DNA from: a virus
IMG/VR virus record: IMGVR_UViG_3300044712_000429
Coordinates: 6,036 to 70,035 of that record
Reading direction: 5' to 3' (one strand)
Length of the DNA stretch: 64,000 bases
Below, piece by piece: positions 8,995-19,013 of the stretch (position 1 is the first letter of the stretch; every line of letters begins with the position of its first letter). The notes under the pieces were generated by a model. That model was not told the origin of the DNA. It did no database searches and worked only from the letters and a program-made list of their open reading frames with translations. A program made the position numbers and the translations under genes.

Positions 8995-9393
8995 ATGTCC
9001 GAGTTCAACCGCCGCGAGTCCGATAAACACCTCGACATCGAGCAAATGATTATCGAGGAGCCTGATCCGAAGCAGCGGGCCTTCCTCGTGGTGTTGAACT
9101 CGATCAACCAGTCGTTGCAAGCCAACACGGTTCTTACGCAGACCGTCAGCAGCAAGCTGGAAAAACATCTGACCAACTTCGAAGAGCACGCCCGGGAAGA
9201 GGAGGCTCTCATGAACAAGGGTCGCGGGGCATGGAAGGTGGCCGCATGGGTCATCGGCATCGCCCAGGTGATCGGTGTAGCCGTGTGGGTGGACGCACGC
9301 TCGGAGCTGATGGGGGTGCACAACAACATCGCCACGCTAACCATGACCGATGCGAATCATGACCACCGCCTCAAGGCTTTGGAAAAGAAATGA
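8995..9393 (+). CDS. Lysis-region membrane protein (coiled coil plus one TM helix)
   Basis: RR motif, coiled coil, TM AWKVAAWVIGIAQVIGVAVWV; GAGG RBS. Confidence 0.65.
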   Translation: MSEFNRRESDKHLDIEQMIIEEPDPKQRAFLVVLNSINQSLQANTVLTQTVSSKLEKHLTNFEEHAREEEALMNKGRGAWKVAAWVIGIAQVIGVAVWVDARSELMGVHNNIATLTMTDANHDHRLKALEKK

Positions 9394-9875
9394 ATGGGAT
9401 CATTCGCCGTCAGAAGTCTCAGCCGTGGGGTACTCCCGGCAAGCTGACGCTCGCCACCGGCTGGTCGTGCGACACGCTGGAGCTGCCTTGGGCTGGTAAC
9501 CAGCGCGGCATCTCCTGCACCAAGGCCGACAGCTACCACGGCTGGATATGGCGCTCGCCGACGATGGGTCGTGACGTGATCCGGCTGGAGAACAAGAACG
9601 GTCGCTTCGACTGCCTGATCCACAACGGCAACTTCGCCGGGGATCAGATCGTTGATCTTGACCATAACGGAAAGCCTGACTTCCTCTCGAATGTCCACGG
9701 CTGCACCCTGGTTGGGACGGGCTACGGCATGGTGCAGCGCCCTGACGGAAAGATGCAGTTCGGCATCCTGAAGAGCAAGGACACCCTCACAGAATTTCTC
9801 GCTCAGCTTGGAGCGGGGCCACACGTCTTCCACTACATGTGGGAGCTGGATTGCAAACCGGGAGATGACGTATGA
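9390..9875 (+). CDS. DUF5675-like protein, putative endolysin
   Basis: GT.GKL...CDTLELPW..NQ..ISC...R...LIH.GN...GC.LVG motif; next to holin. Confidence 0.7.
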   Translation: MNGIIRRQKSQPWGTPGKLTLATGWSCDTLELPWAGNQRGISCTKADSYHGWIWRSPTMGRDVIRLENKNGRFDCLIHNGNFAGDQIVDLDHNGKPDFLSNVHGCTLVGTGYGMVQRPDGKMQFGILKSKDTLTEFLAQLGAGPHVFHYMWELDCKPGDDV

Positions 9876-10402
9876 ACGACTTCCTCGAAAAGATCGCGCC
9901 GACAGTCGCCACGGCACTGCTCGGCCCTCTCGGTGGAGTCGCCGTTGCCGGTCTCACCAAGATTCTCGGCATCGAAGACGGCACCGTGAAGGATGTCGCC
10001 AAGGCCATCAGCGACGGTCGCATCACGCCGGATCAGATCGCACAGATCAAGGAACTCGAACTCAAGTACAAGAACGACGAGGCCGAGCGCGGCTTCAAGT
10101 ACGCCGACCTCGCCTTCAAGGATCGTGACTCCGCACGCCGCGCCAACGTCGACGGCGGTGTCCAGAAGCACATGTTCTGGATGAGCATCATCCTCCTCGT
10201 CCTCACCCTCGGCTGCGAGGTGTGGGTGCTGTTCAACGGCTATCCCGACGACAAGCTGCCCGAGGTGGTGGTCGGTCGCATCCTGGGCCTGATGGACGCA
10301 GTCTGCATGATGGTGCTGACCTACTGGTACGGCACCACGAGCAACTCCCTTGCCAAGACGAATCTGCTGGCGCAATCAACCCCTCCCGCGAAGGTGAGCT
10401 GA
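9872..10402 (+). CDS. Holin-like membrane protein
   Basis: KIAPTVATALLGPLGG...DRDSARR...two TM helices...YWYGTTS. Confidence 0.75.
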   Translation: MNDFLEKIAPTVATALLGPLGGVAVAGLTKILGIEDGTVKDVAKAISDGRITPDQIAQIKELELKYKNDEAERGFKYADLAFKDRDSARRANVDGGVQKHMFWMSIILLVLTLGCEVWVLFNGYPDDKLPEVVVGRILGLMDAVCMMVLTYWYGTTSNSLAKTNLLAQSTPPAKVS

Positions 10403-10403
10403 C

Positions 10404-11018
10404 ATGGGTGCAATCAAGGACTTCACGATCCTGCAAGGCAAGACCTTCGAGCACGTATTGCGATGGGAGGCTCTTCCGTTCGTCTACAAGGCGATCACCG
10501 CAATCACGCAGACTTTGCCCTGCCGCATCACAGCAACAGCGCACGGCATGCTCGATGGCTGGCGCGTTGCGGTGGTGTCCGTCAAGGGTATGACGCAGAT
10601 CAACGCCGAGAACTCGCCGCCGAAAGCGAAGGACTTCCATCGAGCCACGGTGATCGACGCGAACACCGTCGAGCTGAACGACGTGAACTCGGCTGACTAC
10701 AAGCCCTACACCTCGGGCGGCTACCTGCAGTTCTACACCCCGGTCGATCTCACCGGATACACGGCGCGCATGAAGATCAAGGATCGCGTCGGCGGCACCG
10801 TGCTGGCATCCAGCGAGGTGGCTGACACACCGCTCGACACCATCACCATCACGCTGGACGATGTGGAGGCAACCATCACCATCACCATCAGCGCGACCGA
10901 CACGGCTGCGCTCACCTGGACGAAGGGTGTCTATGATCTCGAACTGGTGAGCAGCGGGGGTGTGGTCACGCAGCTTCTCAGCGGAAAGATCGCGGTCGAA
11001 AAAGAAGTCACGGTCTGA
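10404..11018 (+). CDS. Virion structural protein (BppU-like N-terminal motif)
   Basis: I.QG.TF...PVDLTGYTARM.I...I.I.A.DT..L....GVYDLEL....G.VT.LL.G. Confidence 0.7.
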   Translation: MGAIKDFTILQGKTFEHVLRWEALPFVYKAITAITQTLPCRITATAHGMLDGWRVAVVSVKGMTQINAENSPPKAKDFHRATVIDANTVELNDVNSADYKPYTSGGYLQFYTPVDLTGYTARMKIKDRVGGTVLASSEVADTPLDTITITLDDVEATITITISATDTAALTWTKGVYDLELVSSGGVVTQLLSGKIAVEKEVTV

Positions 11019-11020
11019 TC

Positions 11021-11599
11021 GTGTCCGATGAAAGCGTACTGATCGAACGGAAGCTCACCGACGTAGTATCGGTCGAGCATCCTTCCATCGTCACGCAGGT
11101 TGTCATCGAGAGCGAGGTTGTCTCCGACGAGTCGATAACGACGCTCCTCATTGATCAGGGTGACGGCATCGTCCTCGTTGAAGAGGATGTCACCTCGGTG
11201 GTTGCAGTCGGTGCGCAGGGGCCGCAGGGTATCCCGGGCATCAGCGCCACCTCCACCACCTACCTCGCTGCTGAAGTCATCAGCGGTCATCGCATGGTGG
11301 TGCTCAACACCTCGCTCGGCGTCGAATATGCCGACAACACTACGCTTGATCACTCCACCCGGGTGCTCGGCTTGAGTCTGAACGCCGCAAGCATCGGCGA
11401 CCCCGTAACGATCGCACACGACGTGGAGGTGACAGAGCCTTCATGGAACTGGGTAGATGGGCCAATCTTCCTCGGCGAAGACGGCGCTCTGATACAATCG
11501 GCGCCAGTCTCACCGGCTCTGTTTTCGCTGTGCGTTGGCTTCTCCCTCTCACCAACACGTATGTACGTGAAAGTCGATCCACCAGTCATCCTAGCGTAG
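11021..11599 (+). CDS. Fibre-like structural protein with short collagen triplet
   Basis: GAQGPQGIPG repeat, then a capsid-fibre-like C-terminal domain. Confidence 0.65.
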   Translation: MSDESVLIERKLTDVVSVEHPSIVTQVVIESEVVSDESITTLLIDQGDGIVLVEEDVTSVVAVGAQGPQGIPGISATSTTYLAAEVISGHRMVVLNTSLGVEYADNTTLDHSTRVLGLSLNAASIGDPVTIAHDVEVTEPSWNWVDGPIFLGEDGALIQSAPVSPALFSLCVGFSLSPTRMYVKVDPPVILA

Positions 11600-11609
11600 G
11601 AGTTCCACC

Positions 11610-12125
11610 ATGGCAGCGAAAAAATATTTGGCAATGATCGCAGGGCGCATCGCAGAAGTCGCCGGAATCACAAGCTCGGCAGGCGCTGCGGACGATGGGA
11701 AGATTCCCGCCCTGGACTCCTCGGGTCGCCTCGATCCCACCTTCATGCCTGTCGGCATCGGTGCCGACACCGCGACGATCACCGCATCCGAGAACCTCTC
11801 GGGCGGCGACTACGTCAACACCTGGGATGACGGCGGCACGCTGAAAGCACGCAAGGCTGACGCCACCACATCAGGCAAGGAGTCTGACGGCTTCGTCCTT
11901 GACGCTGTCAGTTCTGGACAACCGGCACTGGTGTATTTCGAAGGTCGCAACACAGCCCTTTCGGGTCTCACCATCGGCGCACGCTACTACCTGTCGGCTG
12001 CGATCCCGGGCGCACCCACGGTAACCCCGCCCTCTGCTTCCGGCAACGTGGTTCAGTACCTCGGTCGTGCGATCAGCACCACTAGCATGGCCTTCGAGGC
12101 CACTGATGGTGTGATCCTCGCGTAA
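11610..12125 (+). CDS. Fibre/decoration-like structural protein
   Basis: SAGAADDGKIPALD..GRLD; GLTIGARYYLS...G motif; AGGAG RBS. Confidence 0.7.
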   Translation: MAAKKYLAMIAGRIAEVAGITSSAGAADDGKIPALDSSGRLDPTFMPVGIGADTATITASENLSGGDYVNTWDDGGTLKARKADATTSGKESDGFVLDAVSSGQPALVYFEGRNTALSGLTIGARYYLSAAIPGAPTVTPPSASGNVVQYLGRAISTTSMAFEATDGVILA

Positions 12126-12421
12126 TGGCTGAACGTCGCCCACTTGTCCTGATCGGCGGTCGCCTGCGGGAGCTTCCTGCGGGTGACACGACGGCGGGTG
12201 CAACAGGTGGCGGCGGTGGCGGTGATGTCTACGAGCCGATGCTTGACCCGGGCGGCATAGATGTTCAAGTCGGCGAACCTGTCTACGCGATGACTGTGGG
12301 TGGTGAACTTCTGGCAACGATGTCGGGTGAGTTGATCCACTACAGCGATGCACCCACCGTGAACCTGCCTGACTTCGTGACGAACGATGACGGCGACCTG
12401 ATGCTGAGTGTGAGGGCTTAA
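12125..12421 (+). CDS. Small structural protein
   Basis: MAERRPLVL..G.L.ELP.GD start; coupled to upstream stop. Confidence 0.65.
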   Translation: MAERRPLVLIGGRLRELPAGDTTAGATGGGGGGDVYEPMLDPGGIDVQVGEPVYAMTVGGELLATMSGELIHYSDAPTVNLPDFVTNDDGDLMLSVRA

Positions 12422-12423
12422 TC

Positions 12424-12999
12424 ATGTACCACAAGGAATCGGCCCTCGGCCAGCAACACAAGGCACACAACTGGGAATATGCAGATGCCGCTACGCGAGC
12501 TGCAGACATCAGCGTCCTCGCGGCAGACATCGGAAAGCTCGCGCTCCAACTGGATAACTTCTCCCTGTGGATTCTGCAGGACGCAGCGCCGACATGGGTG
12601 GCGGCAGGAGTTGCGGATCACGGCTACCTCGCCGGTCTCGCGGACGATGACCACACCCTGTATGCGCTGACGAATCCGACGCACGCTGCTGTCACCTACA
12701 ACGCGAGCGGAACCTCGACGGTTACGGTGAATGGCCGCAACGAAATCTTCAGCGCCACGGCTGCGACAGGCGGCACCACCTGGGCAATCTCTGGCGCTGC
12801 TGCGACAGGCAAGCTCTCGTCATTCACGCTTGAACTGACCAACGGCGGCTCGCAGACTCAGACGTGGCCCGCCTCGGTGAAGTGGGATGGAGGCACTGCG
12901 CCAACGCTGACGGCGGCGGGTCTCGACATCCTGTGCTTCTACACCCGCGACGGCGGCACCACATGGCGCGGGTTCCTCGCGGCGAAGGACAGCAAGTGA
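12424..12999 (+). CDS. Fibre protein, N-terminus paralogous to 14008..16773
   Basis: WEYADAA.R.A...D.GKLALQL...SLW; C-terminal TWPASVKW.GGTAPTLT..G.D.L.F.T.DGGTTW.G. Confidence 0.75.
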   Translation: MYHKESALGQQHKAHNWEYADAATRAADISVLAADIGKLALQLDNFSLWILQDAAPTWVAAGVADHGYLAGLADDDHTLYALTNPTHAAVTYNASGTSTVTVNGRNEIFSATAATGGTTWAISGAAATGKLSSFTLELTNGGSQTQTWPASVKWDGGTAPTLTAAGLDILCFYTRDGGTTWRGFLAAKDSK

Positions 13000-13712
13000 T
13001 CGAGCGCCTGCTCATGGCGGCGGCGAAGAAGCGTGCCTCCGGTGGCGGCGGTCCCGCTGATCCGTTCGACGCCTTTGTCAAGCTGAACTCGGACTTTCGT
13101 AGTGCCTCGTCGCTGATCGACAAGAAGGGGCATACGTGGGAGTACCCCGGCACGCCCAACTTCAATGCTGACGGGCTGTTGTTCAACGGCGGTAGCTACT
13201 CCAGTGAACAGGCGACCATTGCCAATAGCGCGGACTTCCTCCTCGGTACTGCTGACTGGACGGTGGAGGTGTGGTTCAAGCTGTTCAGTGCGGGTGTCAG
13301 CTTTCAAACATTGATTCGCCTGAACTCTACCAACGGCGGCTTCTCCAACATCGCCCCGGTATTCACGGATCAAGGAAACGCGGGGATTTCTACCTACAGC
13401 GCCCCCGATCCCGGCAGCACCTCGTGGCAAGGAGGCGGGCAACTGAACATGGCATACGACACCATGATGCACTGGGCCTGTATGCGGCGCGGAGGGAACA
13501 TCCTGCACTCGTACAACGGTGCTGCCTCGTTGCTCTATGCAATCGGCGGAGCCGCCATGTTGCAGAGCGGGACGCAGCTTAAATCCGTCCATTTGGGCAA
13601 CTGGGAGTCCAGCGCCATCAGCGCCCGTATCGCCCAAGTGCGCGTGACCATCGGCGCTGACCGATACGCGCCTGTAGCCGGACAGCCATTCACCCCTGAC
13701 GCGAATTTCTGA
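12996..13712 (+). CDS. LamG/concanavalin-A-like domain virion protein
   Basis: GTG start overlapping upstream stop; F.LGT.DWTVEVW...H.A..R.G...VRVT.G..RY...FTP. Confidence 0.75.
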   Translation: MIERLLMAAAKKRASGGGGPADPFDAFVKLNSDFRSASSLIDKKGHTWEYPGTPNFNADGLLFNGGSYSSEQATIANSADFLLGTADWTVEVWFKLFSAGVSFQTLIRLNSTNGGFSNIAPVFTDQGNAGISTYSAPDPGSTSWQGGGQLNMAYDTMMHWACMRRGGNILHSYNGAASLLYAIGGAAMLQSGTQLKSVHLGNWESSAISARIAQVRVTIGADRYAPVAGQPFTPDANF

Positions 13713-13726
13713 AAGCGAGCAAAGCC

Positions 13727-14005
13727 ATGAGAGAGAAAGCTGGCGTAGTCATGACCGACGAAGAAATCCGGCGACTGCATCCGAACGTGAGCTTCGGCCC
13801 GAACACCTTTGCGGAACTGGGCTGGACAGAAGTGGTTGACGTTCAGTCTCCAGTGGTTCTGCATGACTACCGTTTCCTGCGGCAGACGGCCTACGGCTCG
13901 ATCAACGAGCAACTCGACATGCTGTACTGGGATCACGTGAATGGCACCAGCAACTGGGCTGATCACATCGCCGCTGTGAAGGCGGCATACCCGAAAGTGA
14001 GCTAA
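13727..14005 (+). CDS. Small fibre-associated protein
   Basis: LR..AY.SI.EQLDML.WD...W.DHI.AVKAAYPK motif. Confidence 0.6.
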   Translation: MREKAGVVMTDEEIRRLHPNVSFGPNTFAELGWTEVVDVQSPVVLHDYRFLRQTAYGSINEQLDMLYWDHVNGTSNWADHIAAVKAAYPKVS

Positions 14006-14007
14006 TC

Positions 14008-16773
14008 ATGCTGCATAAAGACACTCCGCTAGAAGACCGCCACCCCACCCATGCCTGGGAGTACGCGGACGCGGCTGCCAGGACTGCCGCCACCGGGTTT
14101 GTCTCGGGCGATGTCGGCAAGCTCGCGCTTCAACTGAACGACTACAGCCTGTGGATGCTGACGGCGACTACTCCGACGTGGCAGGCTTTCGGTGCATCGG
14201 GCGTTGACGGTGCTGCAGGAGTGGGGCAGCTTTTCACGTGCGGCTTCCCGGTTAATTCCTCGGGGGCATACCTGTGCACGCTGACCTACAACGAGACTAC
14301 TCGCACGGTCACGATCACACCGACAGCGGCAACCTTCAAGGTGTGGGCGGCGAACGTCGAATACACCAAGACCGGGGCGCAGAGCATCGTCCATGCGGCC
14401 ACGCAGGGCGGTCACTTCATTTACTACGACGAGACCGGCACCCTGGTAACCAACACCTCCCCGTGGGACTTGCTCAAGCACGCGCCGGTCTGCTACGTGC
14501 ATTGGGACGCGACGAACTCTCGCGGCATCCCCTTCGAGGAGCGGCACCACGCAGGGCGCGACGTGTGGTGGCACCGCAACCAGCACTTCGCTGAAGGCAC
14601 CAAGGCCACCAGCGGCTTCGGCATCAGCGGCTACACCCTGAGCGACGGCAGCGCAGACTCGATGGTCACGTGGGCCATGGCAACGGGTCGTGTCGAGGAC
14701 GAGGACATTCGCGTCGACACCCAGGTGCTGGCCGACAACGGCCCCTACACGATTCTCGAACGCAGCGGGGCGGCGGGTGACTGGCGCATCTCTCGCACTA
14801 GCACCCTCCCTTTCACCTACACCGGGAACGCGCTGCAGTACAACCAGAACACCGGGGCGACGTGGCAGCGCACGAACGTCACCGAAGACTACTTCGTCAA
14901 TATGTGGGTGTTTGGCCTGAGCGCGTTGCCGACCACGGACATGACGCCAAGCCCCACGGCCACGCAGCAGATCGTCATCGTCCCCGGTCAGGCGATCTTT
15001 TCGTCGCAGGGGGCGGCTGAAGCGGAGAGCGTGTCCAGCCTCGCGTGGGGTACGGTGCCGTTCCAAGAGATGGTGCCGCTCTACCGCATCACGATGCGGT
15101 ACAACGCCTCTGCTCCGAGCGCCTACACGAACACGGCACGGTGCGCGATCTACAGCGTCACGCGCATCATTGGCACCTCGGTCACAGTCACTCAGGCTGG
15201 CTCAGCGCAGCACGGCTCGCTGTCCGGTCTACTCAACGATGACCACACCCAGTATGCCAAGAGCAGTGGTGCGGGTCGGGCAGACTTCAATTTCAACACC
15301 CCTAGCGATGGGCAGGTGGCCAAGTACGACAACGCCACTGGGAAGTGGATCAATGGGGCAGCTACCTCAGCGCCACCTCAGATCACTGGCACCGCAAGCG
15401 GCTCGATCACCGCAGGTAAACCCTGCGTCGTGAAGTCGGACGGCACGATTGCCCAGGCTGCGGTGTCGGCGTCCTCAAACACGACGAAGGTGACTTTCGG
15501 AAGTCTCTGGTACGTTCACGCAATGGCGGCAAACGCTGACGGATCGAAGATAGTTGTTGCCTACAGCGACGGCGGTACGAGCTATTACGGGCGCGTCGTT
15601 GTCGGTACGGTGTCAGGAGGTGTAATCACCTTCGGCACACCCGTCACCTTCGTTTCCGAGGATGTGAGTGGCCGTCAGCTTGGCGTCAGCTTCGACACGG
15701 TAGCGGGTAACTGGGTGGTGGCGTGGGGTGGGGCAACGCAGAACAAGGCTGTTGCGGTGTCCGTGTCAGGCACAGTACCTACGGTTGGAACCCCCATAGT
15801 CCTCGGCAGTTCTCACTCCAGTGTTGGGTGCGACGTTGTTTATGACAGCTTCAGCGCGAAGCATGTGGCACTCTATCTGAACAGCGCGGACAGTATGCCC
15901 ACCGCAGTGCCAATCACGCTTGCGACCATGACGCTGACTGCGGGTACTGCTTTGGCACTGCACACCGTTGCCGGGGTCAGCAACGGTGCAGTGGATATAC
16001 ATTCGATGAACGACGGCAGGGCGGTTGCGGCTTGGGTTGAAACCTCTACAGGGAAGACCAAAGCCTGCGTCGTGCGGGTCAACAGCACCGGCATGCTATT
16101 GGATGCTGGCCCAGTAGCAACCATCGTCAACCACAACTCGAACGTAGCCTACCACCCGAACCTGATCACGGTCACTCCGAAAGGGGTGATCGCTTCGGTT
16201 CGCAGCAATTCGACAGACAGCAGCAAACTGTGGATTTCTCTTGCCCAAGTGAATGGTAACGTCATTCAAGCGGGACAGAGTGCGCTGATGTTGAACAACG
16301 CGATTGCTTACCCGGCTGTCGCATCAGTAGGTGAGCAGATTTATTGCTGGTATCGAGATGACGGCAACTCCTACTACGTGACGCAGAAGAGCGGTCACGT
16401 GGTGGATGGTGCCTACATCAACGATGACACGAGGGTAGCTATCAGCCTCAACCATAACCACGAACGTGTCTGTATCGCTGGCAGTCTGATCGCTGTCGGA
16501 ATCTATGACGGTGCTAACGGTGTTGTGACTCTCGTGACCCCGCTCGGCCCGAACGCCACCACGGAAAACTTCGTAGGGCTGGCCAACGCCTCTGTCACCG
16601 ATGGACAGACGGTCACGGTGGATTCCATCGGAGGCACGAACTCCTCACAGTCTGGTTTGACCACCGGCAGGAAGTACTACATCGACCCGTGCAGCGTGTC
16701 CGCGCTCGCTACGTCAGGTTCGATACTCGTTGGAACAGCACTTTCCGCAACCAAGATTCACGTAAAGGGGTAG
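14008..16773 (+). CDS. Large fibre/receptor-binding protein
   Basis: 921 aa, Gly/Ser/Thr-rich, repeated V.VSG...T.GTPV beta units, C-terminal GLTTG.KYY motif. Confidence 0.8.
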   Translation: MLHKDTPLEDRHPTHAWEYADAAARTAATGFVSGDVGKLALQLNDYSLWMLTATTPTWQAFGASGVDGAAGVGQLFTCGFPVNSSGAYLCTLTYNETTRTVTITPTAATFKVWAANVEYTKTGAQSIVHAATQGGHFIYYDETGTLVTNTSPWDLLKHAPVCYVHWDATNSRGIPFEERHHAGRDVWWHRNQHFAEGTKATSGFGISGYTLSDGSADSMVTWAMATGRVEDEDIRVDTQVLADNGPYTILERSGAAGDWRISRTSTLPFTYTGNALQYNQNTGATWQRTNVTEDYFVNMWVFGLSALPTTDMTPSPTATQQIVIVPGQAIFSSQGAAEAESVSSLAWGTVPFQEMVPLYRITMRYNASAPSAYTNTARCAIYSVTRIIGTSVTVTQAGSAQHGSLSGLLNDDHTQYAKSSGAGRADFNFNTPSDGQVAKYDNATGKWINGAATSAPPQITGTASGSITAGKPCVVKSDGTIAQAAVSASSNTTKVTFGSLWYVHAMAANADGSKIVVAYSDGGTSYYGRVVVGTVSGGVITFGTPVTFVSEDVSGRQLGVSFDTVAGNWVVAWGGATQNKAVAVSVSGTVPTVGTPIVLGSSHSSVGCDVVYDSFSAKHVALYLNSADSMPTAVPITLATMTLTAGTALALHTVAGVSNGAVDIHSMNDGRAVAAWVETSTGKTKACVVRVNSTGMLLDAGPVATIVNHNSNVAYHPNLITVTPKGVIASVRSNSTDSSKLWISLAQVNGNVIQAGQSALMLNNAIAYPAVASVGEQIYCWYRDDGNSYYVTQKSGHVVDGAYINDDTRVAISLNHNHERVCIAGSLIAVGIYDGANGVVTLVTPLGPNATTENFVGLANASVTDGQTVTVDSIGGTNSSQSGLTTGRKYYIDPCSVSALATSGSILVGTALSATKIHVKG

Positions 16774-16776
16774 AGC

Positions 16777-17040
16777 ATGAAAATCGTCCGCAGGATCGAC
16801 AACAAGGTGGTGGTGTATTGCTTTGCCGATGACGCCGCCGAATGCACCATCGACGAAACCGGGATGCACGGTCTCGTCAGGGCGGCAGACATCTTCCCCG
16901 AGTCCCACGAGATCATCACCGGGGTCGAAGCGCCCCCGGCTGACTGGGTGGGCAACGCCTACTCGTGGGACGGCTCGTGGGTGATCGCTGACCAGCCGCT
17001 GCTTGACCGTGTGGCGCAGTACCGCGCACAGGCGATGTGA
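16777..17040 (+). CDS. Putative fibre assembly chaperone
   Basis: Small ORF after fibre with P.DW.GN.Y.WDG.W motif. Confidence 0.6.
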   Translation: MKIVRRIDNKVVVYCFADDAAECTIDETGMHGLVRAADIFPESHEIITGVEAPPADWVGNAYSWDGSWVIADQPLLDRVAQYRAQAM

Positions 17041-18224
17041 TGAAACCCGTCGAACTCAGTCACTTCAAGGGTGTCCGCAACGACGTGGCGCCCGAGCGGT
17101 TCGAGAAGGGTGACCTCCAAATCTGCTCGAACATCGAGCTGGACGAGACAGGGAAACCTTACCGGCGCGGTGGCACCACGGCGCTTGATGCTGTCCCGCT
17201 ACACAGCCTGTGGGCGAACGACGAGCTGGCCTACGGCGTGCGTCAAGGGACGCTGCAGCAGCTCAACGCGGACTTCACCTGGAGCGACCTCGGAATTCCG
17301 GTATCGGGTGAGCGGGTAGCCTACAAGCGGGTGGCGAACGACGTGTTCTTCAGCGACGGCCTGAGCAACGGCATCGTCGGTACGGACGGCTACCGTCCGT
17401 GGGGAATCGCCGTGCCGCCGCAGCCAACCTTCGTCAAGGGTTTCGGCTCGATCTCCCCCGGCAAGTACATCGTGACGATGACATACGTGCGTCGTGATGG
17501 CAAGGAGAGCGGTGCGTCGCCGGTCTACACGATAGACGTGGAGCAGGGTGAGGGTCTGTTGTTCACGCTGCCGGTGAGCGCCGATCCATGGGTCGAGACC
17601 AAGAACCTGTACCTCTCCGACTGCAACGGCGAGGTGCCTTACCTCATCGCCACTCTGAACAACTCTGACACTACGGCGGGTGTGTGGCAGCTCCCCGCTG
17701 GCCGCACCCGGGCGGTGCGTACTTTGCGCATGGGGCCACCCCCTGCAGGACACGTGGTGGGGCTGTACAACGGGCGCATGTATGTCGCTGAAAACAACTA
17801 CTTGTGGTACAGTCAGCCCTACGAATTCGAGCTGGTACACCGCGCCATGAACTTCCTCGGTTTCTCCTCCCCCGTGCGAACGTTTGCCCCAGTCTCTGAC
17901 GGAGTCTTTATCGGCTCTGATGATGAGACCATCTTCATGCACGGCAGTGATCCGAAGAACTTCGTGCGCAAGCAAGTGGCCCCTTACGGGACGGTGTTGG
18001 GGACGGAAGTGGAAATCCCCGAGTACTACTTCGGCAAGGGTGACCGACAGTCTCCAATCATCGCCTGGATGTCCACGCACGGTCTGTGCGCCGGGTTCAA
18101 CGGTGGAGATTTCATGAATCTGACAGGGGGCCACTACGTGCCGCCTGAAGGTGTGGCGAAGGGCGCAAGCCTGCTCAAAGTACGCGGCGCTTCGCCGCAG
18201 CTCGTAACAACTCTCTTTTCGTAA
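17037..18224 (+). CDS. Putative tail nozzle/head-closure protein
   Basis: FKG.RN...N..LD..G...RR.G start, Y.GR.YVA....LWYS.P...E motif. Confidence 0.6.
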   Translation: MMKPVELSHFKGVRNDVAPERFEKGDLQICSNIELDETGKPYRRGGTTALDAVPLHSLWANDELAYGVRQGTLQQLNADFTWSDLGIPVSGERVAYKRVANDVFFSDGLSNGIVGTDGYRPWGIAVPPQPTFVKGFGSISPGKYIVTMTYVRRDGKESGASPVYTIDVEQGEGLLFTLPVSADPWVETKNLYLSDCNGEVPYLIATLNNSDTTAGVWQLPAGRTRAVRTLRMGPPPAGHVVGLYNGRMYVAENNYLWYSQPYEFELVHRAMNFLGFSSPVRTFAPVSDGVFIGSDDETIFMHGSDPKNFVRKQVAPYGTVLGTEVEIPEYYFGKGDRQSPIIAWMSTHGLCAGFNGGDFMNLTGGHYVPPEGVAKGASLLKVRGASPQLVTTLFS

Positions 18225-18236
18225 AGGAACTGAACC

Positions 18237-19010
18237 ATGGCAATCAAACTCTCCACCGCGCTGGTGAACTTCATGATGGGTGTCGGCAGCTTCAAGGACG
18301 CATTCGCCGACTGCGCAATCGACATCTACACGGGTGCTCAACCGGCCAACGCCGACGCAGCTCCCACCGGCACCAAGCTCGTCACGCTGACCAACAGCAG
18401 CGGCGCGCTGACCAGTGAAGTGGCTTCGAGCGGCACCTTCAAGCTGTCCAGCGGCTCGGCGGGTTCCGTCGACACCGTGACGGTGAACAGCATCGACATC
18501 CTGGGCGGCTCGGTCGCATACGCCACCTCGCTGGCCGTCACCGCCACCAACGTCGCCGCGCAGATCAACCGCAACCAGAAGAACAAGCTCTTCACTGCGG
18601 CGGCTTCCGGCAACGATGTCGTCATCACTGCCATTCCCGGCCTCGGCACGCTGCCGAACACCTGGGTGGTCGACGGCACCACCACCACGCTGGTCGAAGG
18701 CGCCCACGTAAATATGGCTGGCGGCGTGAACGCGGCCAACGGCCTGAACCTCGATGACGTGGTAGGCGGCGTGATCAGCAAGCGCACCACCGAAACGTGG
18801 TCGGGTACGAACGTGGCTGACGGCACTGCTGGCTGGTTCCGCGTGCGCCGCACAGGTGACTCCGGCGCTGTGGATGCTGCTGCCACACAGATTCGCTACG
18901 ACGGCGCTGTGGCGACCAGCGGTGCGCAGATGAACATCGGCTCACTGTCCTTCACCAACGGCGCTCCGTCGTTGATCAACAGCGCCTCGTTCACCCTGCC
19001 GATGGCCTAA
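18237..19010 (+). CDS. Virion structural (tail) protein
   Basis: IYTG.QPA.AD.A.TGT.L...W.GT..A.GTAGWFR...R.DG.V..SGA motif. Confidence 0.7.
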   Translation: MAIKLSTALVNFMMGVGSFKDAFADCAIDIYTGAQPANADAAPTGTKLVTLTNSSGALTSEVASSGTFKLSSGSAGSVDTVTVNSIDILGGSVAYATSLAVTATNVAAQINRNQKNKLFTAAASGNDVVITAIPGLGTLPNTWVVDGTTTTLVEGAHVNMAGGVNAANGLNLDDVVGGVISKRTTETWSGTNVADGTAGWFRVRRTGDSGAVDAAATQIRYDGAVATSGAQMNIGSLSFTNGAPSLINSASFTLPMA

Positions 19011-19013
19011 GTC

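Noticed and set aside
17199-18707. Long antisense ORFs (also 1808-2911, 6137-7264, 50650-51921, 55497-56540)
   Set aside because: Shadow frames of high-GC3 genes, with no RBS or recognisable motifs
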